64,000 bases of DNA from Squalus acanthias (GCA_030390025.1 CM059432.1:6758001-6822000), one strand, 5' to 3'. Counted from the stretch's first letter, positions 46,665 to 58,170 are shown. Notes: generated by a model not told the origin, from the letters alone. A program made the numbers and translations.

Positions 46665-48925
46665 CGCGGCTGGAGGAGAACTTGGAGAGGGAGGATCCAG
46701 TTGTCGTGGACCACGTAGGAACCAACGACATAGGTAGAACTAAGAATGAGGTTCTGCTGAGGAAGTTTGAGGAACTAGGATCCAAATTAAAAAGCAGAAC
46801 CTCAAAGGTAATAATCTCTGGATTGTTACTTGAGCCACGCGCAAATTGGCATAGGGACAAACAGATTAGAGGTTTAAATGCATGGTTCAAAGAGTGGTGT
46901 GGGAGGAAGGGGTTTCAGTTCATGAGGCACTGGCACCAGTACTGGGGAAAGAGGGAGCTGTTCCGTTGGGACGGGCTCCACATAAACCGGGCTGGGACCA
47001 GTGTCCTGGCAAACCGAATAACTAGGGCAGTAGACAGGGCTTTAAACTAATGAAGGAGGGGTGGGGGGAGGATTCAGGAAAGAGTAAATTTAAAAGCAGC
47101 GAGAGAAATGTCAAGGCTCAAGAGCAGTGTAGAGTTTTGGGTAAAAATAAGCAGAGTGGGTCAGGAAGGGACAGAGAGAGAGTAACAAAGGTAATAAGGC
47201 TTCAGTGACTAAGGTGACATCAGAGAAAAATAGAAATAAGTCAAAGCTAAAGGCACTATATCTGAATGCGCGAAGCATTCGCAACAAAATAGATGAATTA
47301 ATAATTAATAGCGCAGATAGAAATTAATAGGTTTGATCGAATAGCCATTACGGAGATGTGGTTGCAATGCGGCCAAGGTTGGGAACTAAATATTCCAGGA
47401 TACTTAACTTTTAGAAGAGATAGGCAAAATGAAAAAGGAGGAGGGGCAGCCCTGATAAAGGATGGGATAAAGACAGTAGAGAGAAAGGATCTTGGCTAGG
47501 AAAATCAAGAAGTAGAATCAATTTGGGTGAAGCTAAGAAACAGCAAGGGGCAGAAAACATCGGTGGGAGTTGTTTATAGGCCCCCAAACAGTAGTTGTAA
47601 TGTAGGGCAGAATATAAATCAGGAATTTAGAGATGCATGTAAGAAGGGTAATACAGTAATCATGGGGGAATTTAATCTACATAGAGACTGGGCAAACCAA
47701 ATTTGCAGTAATAGTGTGGAGGACGAATCCATGGAATATATGCAAGATAGTTTTCTAGATCAGTATGTTGAGGAACCAACTAGGGAACAGGCTATTTTAT
47801 ATCTAGTATTGTGCAATGAGTAAGGGTTAATTAATAATCTTGTAATAAAGGGGCCTTTAGGGAAGAGTGACCATAATATGATGGAATTTTATATTGAGCT
47901 TGAAAGTGATTTAGTTAAATCCGAAACTAGGGTCTTAAATCTAAAGAAAGCAAACTACGTAGGTATGAGTTGCGAGTTGGCTAAGGTAGATTGGAAGACT
48001 ACATTAAAAGGTATGACAGTAGAGAAGCAATGGCTAGCATTTAAAGAATGAATACATAATTTATAGCAAATATACATTCCTTTGAGGCACAAAACCCCAC
48101 AGGAAAAGTGGTCCAACCGTGGTTAACAAGAGAAGTTAAAGATAGTATTAGATCAAAGGAAGAGGCTTATATTGTTGGCAAAAAGAGTAGTAAGCCTGAG
48201 GACTGAGAGGATTTTAGAATTCAGCAAAGGAGGATCAAGAAATTGATAAAGAAGGAAAATAGAATATGAGAGTAAACTAGCAGAGAGACATGAAGACAGA
48301 CTGTAAAAGCTTCTATAGGTATGTAAAAAGGAAAAGATTAGCGAAAGTAAATGTGGATCCCTTATAGGCTGAGACAGGAGAAATTAGAATGGAGAATAAG
48401 AAAATGGCAGAGAAATTAAACAAATACTTTGTGTCTGTCTTCTTGGAAGAAGATGCAAAAAACTAGGATGGGGGGATTGTCCTATGAGGAGAGATTGAGT
48501 AGACTAGGCCTATATTGTCTAGAGTTTAGAAGAATGAGAGGTGATCTCATTGAAACATACAAAATTCTTACAGGGCTTGACAGGGTAGATGCAGGGAAGA
48601 TGTTTCCCTGGCTGGGGAATCTAGAACCAGGGGTCACAGTCTCAGAATAAGAGGTCGGCCATTTAGGACTGAGATGAGGAGAAATTTCTTCACTTAGAGG
48701 GTGCTGAATCTTTGGAATTCTCTACCCGAGGGGGCTGTGGAGGCTCAGTCGTTGAGTATATTCAAGACAGAGATCGATAGATTTTTGGATATTCAGGGAA
48801 TCAAGGGATATGGGGATAGTGCAGGAAAGTGGAGTTGAGGTAGAAGATCAGCCACGATCTTATTGAATGGCGGAGCAGTCTCGAAGGGCCAAATGGCCTA
48901 CTCCTGCTCCTATTTCTTATGTTTT
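46665..48925 (+). mobile_element. CR1 with ORF1 end, endonuclease and 3' tail but RT core deleted
   Basis: HVGTND, DGLH, GVVYRPP; jumps near 48462 from the EEDAK region to GMGGLSYEER. Confidence 0.9.
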
Positions 48926-49554
48926 ACTAAGTGTGGTATTCTTTGCCTGCCAGAGAGATCAGGAATGTATGGTGAGCAGCCTGTGTAACTGCCAGTGCGT
49001 GATAACTTGGTAAAAGTATAATTGTTAATGCTGTAGCACGCTATTTTCATTCATTCCATGAATTTCTGATCACAGGAGATGTTATTTTGCCTGTGGTATT
49101 TGCATCTTGCTGCAAATATGAATAGAGTTGGGAGAGAACCCAAATTGTCTCCAAAGTTGACGATTTTTGTTTGGCTTGTGTTGGCTCCTCTGTCCCTTTT
49201 CCTCCACCACCCTTGCTCCATCTTGCCCTCCTCCCAATTCAGCTCCCATTCACTCAGTAGTTTCTCTTTTATTCCACCTCTAACTTAAACAAAATGACTT
49301 CCTTCATGAAATCCAGTACCCGTTCCGTCGATTCAACCCAACTCCTTATTACCCTGCTCTCTCTCCTTTGTTGAAGTCTATCTAATCTTGTTTCTGTCCC
49401 ATACATATCCTCGAATGGATTCTTCTCCGCAGTCAGCTGAAGTGTGCCTACTTATTTATTGTTGCTTTGCTGCCCCTCTGTGAGATACTCAGCAAGCACA
49501 GGCCAAGCCTGATGACATCTAATTCTACTTCACCGCCATCAAAACATAGGGGAA

Positions 49555-49710
49555 GGAACATAGGAAGAGTAGGCTATTCAGCCCCTCGAGCTGTTCCGCC
49601 ATTCAATTAGATCATGGCTGATCTGTATCTTAACTCAATGGAGTTAAGAAACTCAATGAACCAATACCTGCCTTGGTTCCATAACCCTTAATACCCTTGC
49701 CTAACAAAAA
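49555..49710 (-). mobile_element. CR1 3' tail within a degenerate L2-like region (49180-50210)
   Basis: GAACATAGGAAGAGTAGGCTATTCAGCCCCTCGAG. Confidence 0.7.
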
Positions 49711-50321
49711 CTGCTGTTATGTTATCTGACTACCTATCCAAAGCCACACTGGCTGAATCAGTTTTGTTCAGCTCAACACATAGAAAACCAAGGTCATCCT
49801 GTGCAGTTCCTGCCAGCATCTAAGTATTTCTGACTCCAGTTTCATCAACCTCCTTGGCTGCTCGCTCAGCCGTGGTATTTTGCTTGACCCATAACTGACC
49901 TTTTTCCACCACATCTGGCCAGTCACCAAGCCTGTCTTGTGCCCCCTCCAGAGCGTTGCCTGCGTGAGTCTCTACTTCTCTCTCCTCTGCTGCCAGAACC
50001 CCAATCCATGCCTTCATCACTTGATTTCTCAAATGTTGTCCTTGCTGGCCTCACCTCGTTCATACTCTCAAGCTTCACTGGATCCTGAACTGTGTAGCTT
50101 CCCCACAAGTTGTCGCCTTGTCCTTGCTGTGCTCCACCGGTTTCCTCTTCCCTTCCCCCCCCCCCCCCCATCCCATTTATGGACTTGAATGCTCTTGTCC
50201 TCATTTTCATTCATAGCTGGGGTGCCCAAACTATGGCTCACAGACCATATGCAGTTTGTGAACCATGGTTTATCTGACCCGCGGAATCCCCAGTGACTCA
50301 TGCATTTGCAATTTGCCCTTA

Positions 50322-51197
50322 CAGAAGCAAAATACTGCAGATGCTGGAAATCTGAAACAAAAACAGAAAATGCTGGAAATACTCAGCAGGTCAGGCAGCA
50401 TCTGTGGAGAGAGAAAGAGAGTTAACGGCCCAGAAATTAAACATCGATGGTTGCCGCGGGGGTAAGTAGCCCCCGCGATATCGCACTCCGCGCCTACCTT
50501 TATGGTTCGGGCCCACACGAACTTCAGTTCGAGGGCCTCTCCCTGGTGCCGGCGCGCAGTGTGTGCGTGTCCCAGAGGCGCAATTAGTTCGTGCGACCTC
50601 TGGGATCACGTGGGCCAGTTAGAGCCAATGGCAGCACACCATCTTTCATTCATAGTTTTGACAGGAAGACCTGTCAAAGCTATGAATACAACAAGCCCCC
50701 AAAAGAACAGCTAAACCTCAATTAAATTAAAAAAAAGCCATCACATTAATAAAATAACTATAGTTAAATAAATTAACCACTTTAAACAAAAAATAAAATT
50801 TTTGAAAAAATTTAAATTCTTTTTAAAAGTTATAAAAATAAACTTACCTTTCTTTAAAGTCTCTAAAAAAGATAAACCTGTTGAAAAAAATTTAAAATAA
50901 CACTTAATTAACGACTTACCTTGTTAAAAGGGGGTCTTCATGTGTAAAATATCCAACACTTACCTGCGCGTTCAAACCTGAGTGCACTGCGTGCGCACAA
51001 CCTGTAGTGCGCACGCGGTTCACTTAGGAAACGCCCCCTTCGCCATACACGAAGTGCCGGTTCCCGCGCATGCGCAGCGCATGCAGGAAACCGGCACTTC
51101 GGGACCTAATACGCGAGAGTACACAGTGCGTACTCTCCCGCATTAGGTCTGATTTTCAGGCCAACGTTTCAGGTCGATGACCTTTCGTCAGAACTGC
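50322..51197 (-). mobile_element. PLE terminal repeat with hammerhead motif, interrupted by a MITE
   Basis: 50322-50426 + 51163-51197; minus strand CTGACGA-A-AGGTC ATC GACCT-GAAACGTT. Confidence 0.85.
50427..51162. mobile_element. Harbinger-like MITE, hairpin-rich
   Basis: Ends GGCCCAGAAATT / GATTTTCAGGCC; 3-bp TSD AAC (50424-50426, 51163-51165). Confidence 0.82.
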
Positions 51198-51232
51198 AAT
51201 TTGCTCTTGTTGATCCCTCTGTTTCTGTTAAG

Positions 51233-51604
51233 AGGGAACGGTAGCCTAGTGGCTATGTTACTGGACTAGTAATCCAGAGTTCAAATCCCACCATGGCAGC
51301 TGGGGAATTTAAATTTAGTTAATAAATTAATCTGGAATAAAAATCTAGTATCAGTAATGGTGACCGTGTAACTACCGGATTGTCGTAAAAACCCATCTGG
51401 TTCACTAATGTCCTTTAGAGAAGGAAATCTGCCGTCTTTACCCGGTCTGGCCTCTGTTTGACTCCAAACCCACAGCAATGTGGTTGACTCTTAACTATCC
51501 TCTGAAATGGCCTAGCAAGCCACTCAGTTAAGGGCAATTAGGGATGGGCAATAAATGCTGGCCTTGCCAGCGACGCCCACATCCCATGAATGAATATAAA
51601 AAAG
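51233..51604 (+). mobile_element. tRNA-derived SINE with the family B LINE tail
   Basis: A-box TAGCCTAGTGG, B-box GAGTTCAAATCCC; 3' ~70 nt match the family B tail. Confidence 0.88.
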
Positions 51605-51970
51605 GTCCTAAATGCTTCAGTTGCTGATGCAACTCGTCAAATGAGAGAGTAACGCTGAGTTCAAACCTTTTGGTCACCAAATGTCAGAAACTCAATGGCA
51701 TAGAAACCCAGTGGCATATAATACAACTGGAGTCTTTTGCCTGTAAGTTTCCCAGTCAAGTGGATTATACGACAAAATAATTTTAAGGACTGTTATTTTC
51801 CTCTATCTCTTTCACTTTAAAAATACTTGCTGACTCTGTTATTTTGTTTCCTTTGTTAAAATGAAGCAAAGAATTTACTTAAAACTGTTAGATTTACTTT
51901 TGACTTTCATGATGTAATGTATTTAAAGATAATTTTTATGTTGGATGTTGTTACTGACCTATATATCAGG

Positions 51971-52150
51971 CATGATGTGGGGATGCCGGTGTTGGACTGG
52001 GGTGGACAAATGTGAGAAGTCGCACAACACCAGGTTATAGTCCAACAGCTTTATTTGAAATCACAAGCTTTCGGAGCGCTGCTCCTTCGTCAGGTGACTG
52101 TTAATAAATAAAACTGTTGGACTATAACCTGGTGTTGTGCGACTTCTCAC
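51971..52150 (-). mobile_element. PLE family 2 terminal fragment with inverted duplication
   Basis: Perfect 37-bp inverted repeat (52012-52048 / 52114-52150); TSD-like CCT(A/G)TAT(A/C)TCAGG. Confidence 0.8.
52061..52097 (-). ncRNA. Minimal type I hammerhead ribozyme motif (PLE family 2)
   Basis: TCAC-CTGACGA-A-GGAGC AGC GCTCC-GAAAG-CTT^GTGA. Confidence 0.8.
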
Positions 52151-52222
52151 CTGTATCTCAGGGGTCTGGGTCTGAGGATTGCGTTGTAATTCTGGATACG
52201 TTCAGCCTTTGAGGATTGCATT

Positions 52223-52705
52223 AAGAAAGAAAGAAAGACTTGCATTTATATAGTGCCTTTCACGACCACTGGACGTCCCAACGCGTTTTACAGCCAATGA
52301 AGTACTTTTTTGAAGTGCAGTCACTGTTTTAATGTAGCCAATTTGCGCTCAGCAAGCTCCCACAAACAGTAGTGTGATAATGACCAGATAATCTGCTCTT
52401 AGTGATGTTGATTGAGGGTAAATATTGGCCAGGACACCGAGGATAACTCCCCTGCACTTCTTTGAAATAATGCTATAGGATCTTTTACGTCCAGCTGAGA
52501 GAGCAGACGGGGCCTCGGTTTAACATCTCATATGAAAGACGCCACCTCCAACAGTGCAGCACTCCCTCAGCACTGTGCTGGAGGGTAAATATTGGCCAGG
52601 ACACCGGGGAGAACTCCCCTGTTCTTCAAAATAGTGCCATGGGATCTTTTACGTCCACCTGAGGGAGCAGACGGGGCCTCGGTTTAACGTCTCATCCGAA
52701 AGATG
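52223..52705 (-). mobile_element. DeuSINE (SacSINE1-like) with internal tandem duplication
   Basis: Segment 52414-52540 is repeated at 52581-52705. Confidence 0.82.
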
Positions 52706-53321
52706 TCTCATTAGATTAAAGGAAGGGTCTGGGTCCACTGATATTGTATTGTATAAACTGAATTACTTGAATTTAATTTATTTTTTATTTCTTCTTTAGC
52801 CACAGCTGTTAATATGACTGTGCTTTTAACAAAAAATTGGAATTTGGTATCAAATCATCTTCATGTGACATTGACGTTGTTTATCTGCGGCCTGTGGAGT
52901 TCTTTGGTATGCAACTAAGTCGCCCACTAAGACAAAAAAAATTTGAACACCCCCACTCCATGACCTCACTAAACTTTACCTGACTGATCTTTTCCAGCTG
53001 TATGTCCCTGCCCACACCCTCTGTTCTGACTCGAGATTACTACTGACAATCCTGCTCCCACTCTTCTGATCCACTGTTGCCAGCAGATCTTTCAGTTAAT
53101 CTGCCCCTTTTTCAAAATAACTTCTTGCCTTGCTACCTTTCTTTCTCCTTTCCTCTCTTTTCTGATTCTCTCTTTTACCCTCCCCTCTCAATTTCCTTTT
53201 TGCTGCTTGGAATTTTCCTTTCACATTTCTGAAATATTCAGAATATGTGCAGGGATTGGCATAACTGCAAGTCGTAATAGATTACAACACTACTGTCCTG
53301 AACCACACTTTTCTATGTAGT

Positions 53322-53640
53322 TTGCTGCACTGTCGGAGGTGCCGTCCTTCGGAGGAGATGTTAAACCGAGGCTCCGTTTGTCCCCTCGGGTGGATGTAAA
53401 AGATCCCATTTCACTATTCAACAGGGGAGTTGTCCTCGGTGTCCTGGCCAATATCACCAAAACAGGTTATCTGATCATTATCTCGCTGCTGTTTGTGGGA
53501 GCTTGTTGGATGCAAATTGGCTGCCATGCTTCCTACATTACAACAGTGACTACACTTCCAAAGTACCTCATTGGCTGTCAAGAGTTTAGAGATCTCCTGA
53601 GGTTCTGAAAGGCACAATATAAATGCAAGTCTTTTTGTTT
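53322..53640 (+). mobile_element. DeuSINE (SacSINE1-like), 5'-truncated
   Basis: Collinear with 39330-39672. Confidence 0.8.
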
Positions 53641-54621
53641 TTTCTGTAAAGGTAGGTCTTTTTGTATGTCTGTATGGACTTTCATGTCTCAGTGTTGGTC
53701 TTGCTTGCTCTAACACAAAAATCCTTCAGATGGGATACAAGGCTGCTTTGATATCTGAGATGTAACGGATAGCATCACCATTAGTGCTCTACTGTGAACA
53801 GAGCTTATGCTTGTAGTCTGTACAGTGCATGTAGACAACATAGACATGTGCTGCACTCTTGGACTTTTGCAGAATCAAATGAATCACATGGGTCTCACTA
53901 TGGCCTGGCCTGGTCCTTTATGTTGCAAATCAAATCTGTTGAAATCCATTTCAACATAAGGTCTTGATCTGCCAAAGAACCTGCAAATAGCAAGACTGAT
54001 TTTTTTTCTCTTTGGTATTGTTGCTTAGTAGTCTCAGAATAATTTTTTGTGCATCTGTATTGTGTTTAAGGAAATTAAACCCCGTTGTTGTCTCTTTGTG
54101 TGAGAGGGGTAAGATTGGAAAGGCATTGATGTTTATTTTTAGAGGAATAGCACTATGATCAAAGAAATGTTTCAAAAAATATATTGTAAACAAAGCTGAA
54201 AACATGAAAAACATCTGCATCCCAAACATGACATTAAGGACACTTCATTGGAATTGGAAGGATAATGAGGAAAATACTTGGTTAGCTTGATGTCTCTTTT
54301 AAAAATAATGCACGGTATTCCGTTACAGTCTTGAAATAAAACTTTAAAAGATAAAACGCAAATAGTATTTCTGTAATGAGGAACCTTAAAATGGTTGTGT
54401 CATAGTAAGGATGCCCAATTCCATTTTTAGCAATCAGGCTGCTGGGTTGGCTGACAGTGTAAATGATTGCAGAGGCCCTGAATAATGTGCAAGGGGTCTA
54501 CAGTTTGAGGTTCGTAATACCAAGCAGTCATTACAAGGTCAAGAACTGAAGAATCAGCTATTACCAACAAGGAGAGCTGAAGGAATCTTTGGAAGGAGTA
54601 GTCAAAATAAAATACAACGGC

Positions 54622-55030
54622 ATGGTTGTTCTCCTTCGAGCAGAGAAGGCCAAGAGGAGATTTGATTGAGGTGTTTAAAATCACGGAGGGTTTAGATAGA
54701 GTAAATAAAGAGAAACTGCTTCCAGTGGCAGAAGGGTCGATAACCAGAGGGCCCAGATTGAAGGTGATTGGCAAAAGAACCAGAGGCGACATGAGGAAAA
54801 ACTTTTTTACGCAACAAGTGGTTAGGATTTGGAATGCGCTGCCTGATAGGGTGGTGGATACTGATTCAATAGTAGCCTTCAAAAGGGAATTGGATAAATA
54901 CTTGAAGGAGAAGAAATTGTAGGGCTATGGGGGAAGAGCGGGGGAGTGGGACTAACTAGATTACTCTTCGAAAGAGCCGGCGCAGACTCGATTGGCCGAA
55001 TGGCCTCCTTCTGTGCTGTATGATTCTGTG
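54622..55030 (+). mobile_element. CR1 3' end
   Basis: ORF 54626-54922. Confidence 0.88.
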
Positions 55031-55379
55031 AATCAATCGTGGGTAACAAGGAGGTATGGGTCTAACACTTGATGGATTTCTTTTTTTTCCAAAAAAAAAA
55101 GCCTGTTTTTCTTTGGAGTCATCAAAGTCTCTGCATTTCAGGCATCAGATGTGTGTGATAATTGGTAATAATGCACGACCACATTACAAATGTAACCAGT
55201 ACAATTTTACTCTGCACGCAATTTGAACCAGTAATATCCAAAGTAAATAATTGTTTGAACCTTAAAATGATAGCTGAACCATTGATAAATTTGGATTCCT
55301 AATATGTACTCATGACAGAACCAACACAAATATAGGTATACAGAAATGTAACAACAGCAGTTGTAGCTGAAAGTGCGTC

Positions 55380-55660
55380 ACTGACTCCCACACTACTGAC
55401 TAACTGGACTGTTTCTTCCCACCCCACTTCCTATAAAGGCACCATCCCATTCTTCCAGTTTCTTCATCTGCTGTGTTGATTCCACTTTTCACATCAGAAC
55501 TTTTGAAGTGTCCCCTCTATTCTTCTGCTAAGGTTTCTTCTCGATAGTGTTTGACAGGACGCTTGGCCACGTTTTTCTGTATCTGTGCTCTTAGTCTCTC
55601 TCTCCCTCCTCCCTCATCAATGACAGGGCCTCCCTTGTTTTCACACCATCAACCGCCGCC
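55380..55660 (+). mobile_element. Degenerate PLE RT fragment
   Basis: CACTGACTCCCACA...CCAGTTTCT parallels 34404-34700. Confidence 0.55.
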
Positions 55661-55759
55661 ATCTTCTGATACCCAGAGAGTAGTTAGAATGTGGAACTTG
55701 ATTTCATAAGTGCCCTGGGACGTTTTACTATGTTAAAGGCACTATATAAATGCAAGTTT

Positions 55760-57215
55760 ACATCGGATTACATAGGATATACGGCACAGAAACAGGCCAT
55801 TCGGCCCAACCAGTCCATGCCGCTGTTTGTGCTCCACACGAGTCTCCTCTCGTCTTTCCTCATCTAAATCTATCAGCATAACCTTCTATTCCCTTCTCCC
55901 TCAGATGCTTGTCTAGCCTCCCCTTAAATGCATTTATACTATTTGCCACAACCACTCCCTGTGGTAGCGAGTTCCACATTCTCACCACTCTTTGAGTAAA
56001 GAAGTTTCTTCTGAATTCCTCAGTGGATTTATTAGGTGACTATCTTATATTGATGGCCCCTAGTTATGCTCTTCCCCACAAGTGGAAACATTCTCTCTGT
56101 ATCCACTCTATCAAAACCTTCCATAATTTTAAAGACCTCTATTAGGTCACCCCTCAGCCTTTTTTCAAGAGAAAAGAGACCCAGCCTGTTCATCCTTTCC
56201 TGATATGTATACCCTCGCATTTCTGGTATCATCCTTGCAAATCTTCTCTGCACCCTCTCCAGTGCCTCTATATCCTATTTATAATATGGCGACCAGAACT
56301 GTACGCAGTACTCCTGGTCTCACTAAGGTTCGATACAGGTTTAGCATAACTTCCCTACTTTTCAATTCTATCCCTCTAGAAATATACCCTAGTGCTTGGT
56401 TTGCTTTTTTTATGGCCTTGCTAACCTGTGTCGCAACTTTTAGTGATTTGTGTATTTGCACTCCTCGATCCCTTTGTTCCTCTACCCCACCTAGACTCGC
56501 ACCCTCCAAGTGATAAGTGAGAAGTCGCACAACACCAGGTTATAGTCCAACAGCTTTATTTGAAATCCCAAGCTTTCGGAGCGCTGCTCCTTCATCAGGT
56601 GAAGTCATAAGTGATAAGTGACCTCCCTATTCTTCCTACCAAAATGAAATACCTCACATTTATCTGTGTTGAACTTCATTTGCCAATTATATGCCCATTC
56701 TGCAAGTTTATTAATGTCCTCCTGTAATTTGTTGCAGTCCTCCTCAGTATTGACTATCCCCCCAATTTGGTGTCATCCACACATTTAGAAATTGTGTTTT
56801 TGATTCCTAAGTCTAAATCGTTAATGTAAATTGTGAACAGCAGTGGTCCCAGCACTGATCCTTGTGGAACACCACTACCCACCTTCTGCCACTGTGAATA
56901 GCTACCCTTTACTCTGACTCTCTGCTTTCTGTCCTGAAGCCAGCCAGCAATCCATTCTGCTACTTGTCCCCTGACTTCGCATTCTCTGACCTTGTTCATC
57001 AGTCTATCATGGGGTACCTATTGAAGGCCTTTTGAAAATCAAGATAAATTACATCTACTGCATTACCATTGTCTACTCTCTCTGCTACCTCTTCAAAAAA
57101 TTAATTAAGTTTGGCCAAGCAAGACTTTCCCTTTTTGAAATCTATGTTTTTGGTTTCTAGATGTTCTTCTATTTTCTCCTTTAGTAGGGATTCCATTATT
57201 TTTCCTACCACCGGT
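55760..57215 (-). mobile_element. CR1 3' portion
   Basis: ORFs 56032-56253, 56279-56530, 56754-56999. Confidence 0.88.
56521..56608 (-). mobile_element. 88-bp PLE family 2 insertion carrying a hammerhead motif (56566-56602)
   Basis: 13-bp TSD AAGTGATAAGTGA (56508-56520, 56609-56621); CTGATGA-A-GGAGCAGCGCTCC-GAAAGCTT. Confidence 0.88.
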
Positions 57216-57266
57216 GGTGGTTGTTGTTGTAGATACATTTATTAAACAATGAACAAGTGAATATGT

Positions 57267-57329
57267 GAAGTCGCACAACACCAGCGACTTCTCATTTTTG
57301 TCCACCCCAGTCCAACGCCGGCATCTCCG
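57267..57329. mobile_element. 63-bp PLE family 2 terminal insertion with 5' inversion
   Basis: 13-bp TSD CAAGTGAATATGT (57254-57266, 57330-57342); GAAGTCGC..GCGACTTC fold-back. Confidence 0.82.
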
Positions 57330-57364
57330 CAAGTGAATATGTAACAACAATATAATTAAATAAA

Positions 57365-57572
57365 AAGTCTTGCATTGATATAACATGTTTCATGTCCTCA
57401 GTACATGCCAAAGCATTTCACAGCCAATGAATTACTTTTTGAAGTGTAGTCGTTGTTGTAGGAAAATGTGGCTGCCAATTTCCACACAGCAAGGTCCCAC
57501 CAACAGCAAATGAAACAAGTAATCAGTTAGTTTGGTTTTTGAGGGTGTTGGTTCAGTGATGCTTGTTGGCCA
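57365..57572 (-). mobile_element. Degenerate DeuSINE 3' half
   Basis: Match to 29480-29690. Confidence 0.7.
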
Positions 57573-57589
57573 TGATAATGGGCTCTGGT

Positions 57590-57915
57590 ATCGACAGTAT
57601 AATGCTCTCGCAAAGATGCCTTGCAGTTTTATCTGGAATCCTCCCAGTCAGGCGAGAAGCTGAATTGGCCAGCATATCTCCTTTCAGTATGAGGCGGCGT
57701 TTTCTTGGATCCATTTAATTTGCTTGCTATTGCCCAAGGTGAAAGTCTCGTCTGTTTTCACATGGGACAATGGTGTCATGATCTGGATCAACAGGAAAAC
57801 GGCATCCCATCTTTACTCTGGTCACTCTGGGTCTCAATGACATGCTCGATACAAGGATTAGAGGTACACTGCAGTAGTCATATCGCATAAGTCTTGCTGG
57901 ATTTGGGGCGCTGTG
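57590..57915 (-). mobile_element. Degenerate RTE-type fragment
   Basis: MDPRKRRLILKGDMLANSASRLTGR parallels the RTE RM...PK.LL.GEL..G.R..GR block. Confidence 0.4.
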
Positions 57916-57979
57916 AAACCATGTTAATATATATAACAGAAGAAAATTTTATCTATCTCCTCAAAAGGTTCCAAATCCA

Positions 57980-58170
57980 GTGTCACTAAAACAAATTATC
58001 TGGTCTTTATCTCATTGCTCTTTGTGGGAGCTTGCTGTGTGCAAATTGGCTGCTGCGTTTTATACATTACAACAGTGACTACACTTCAAAAAGTACTTCA
58101 TTGGTTGTAAAGCACTTTTGGACGTCCTGAGGTCGTGAAAGGCATTACATAAATACAAGTCTTTCTTTCC
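57980..58170 (+). mobile_element. DeuSINE 3' half
   Basis: Match to 42615-42800. Confidence 0.8.

Noticed and set aside
52800..52906. Exon after a strong polypyrimidine acceptor
   Set aside because: Weak donor, only one open frame, unrecognised peptide.
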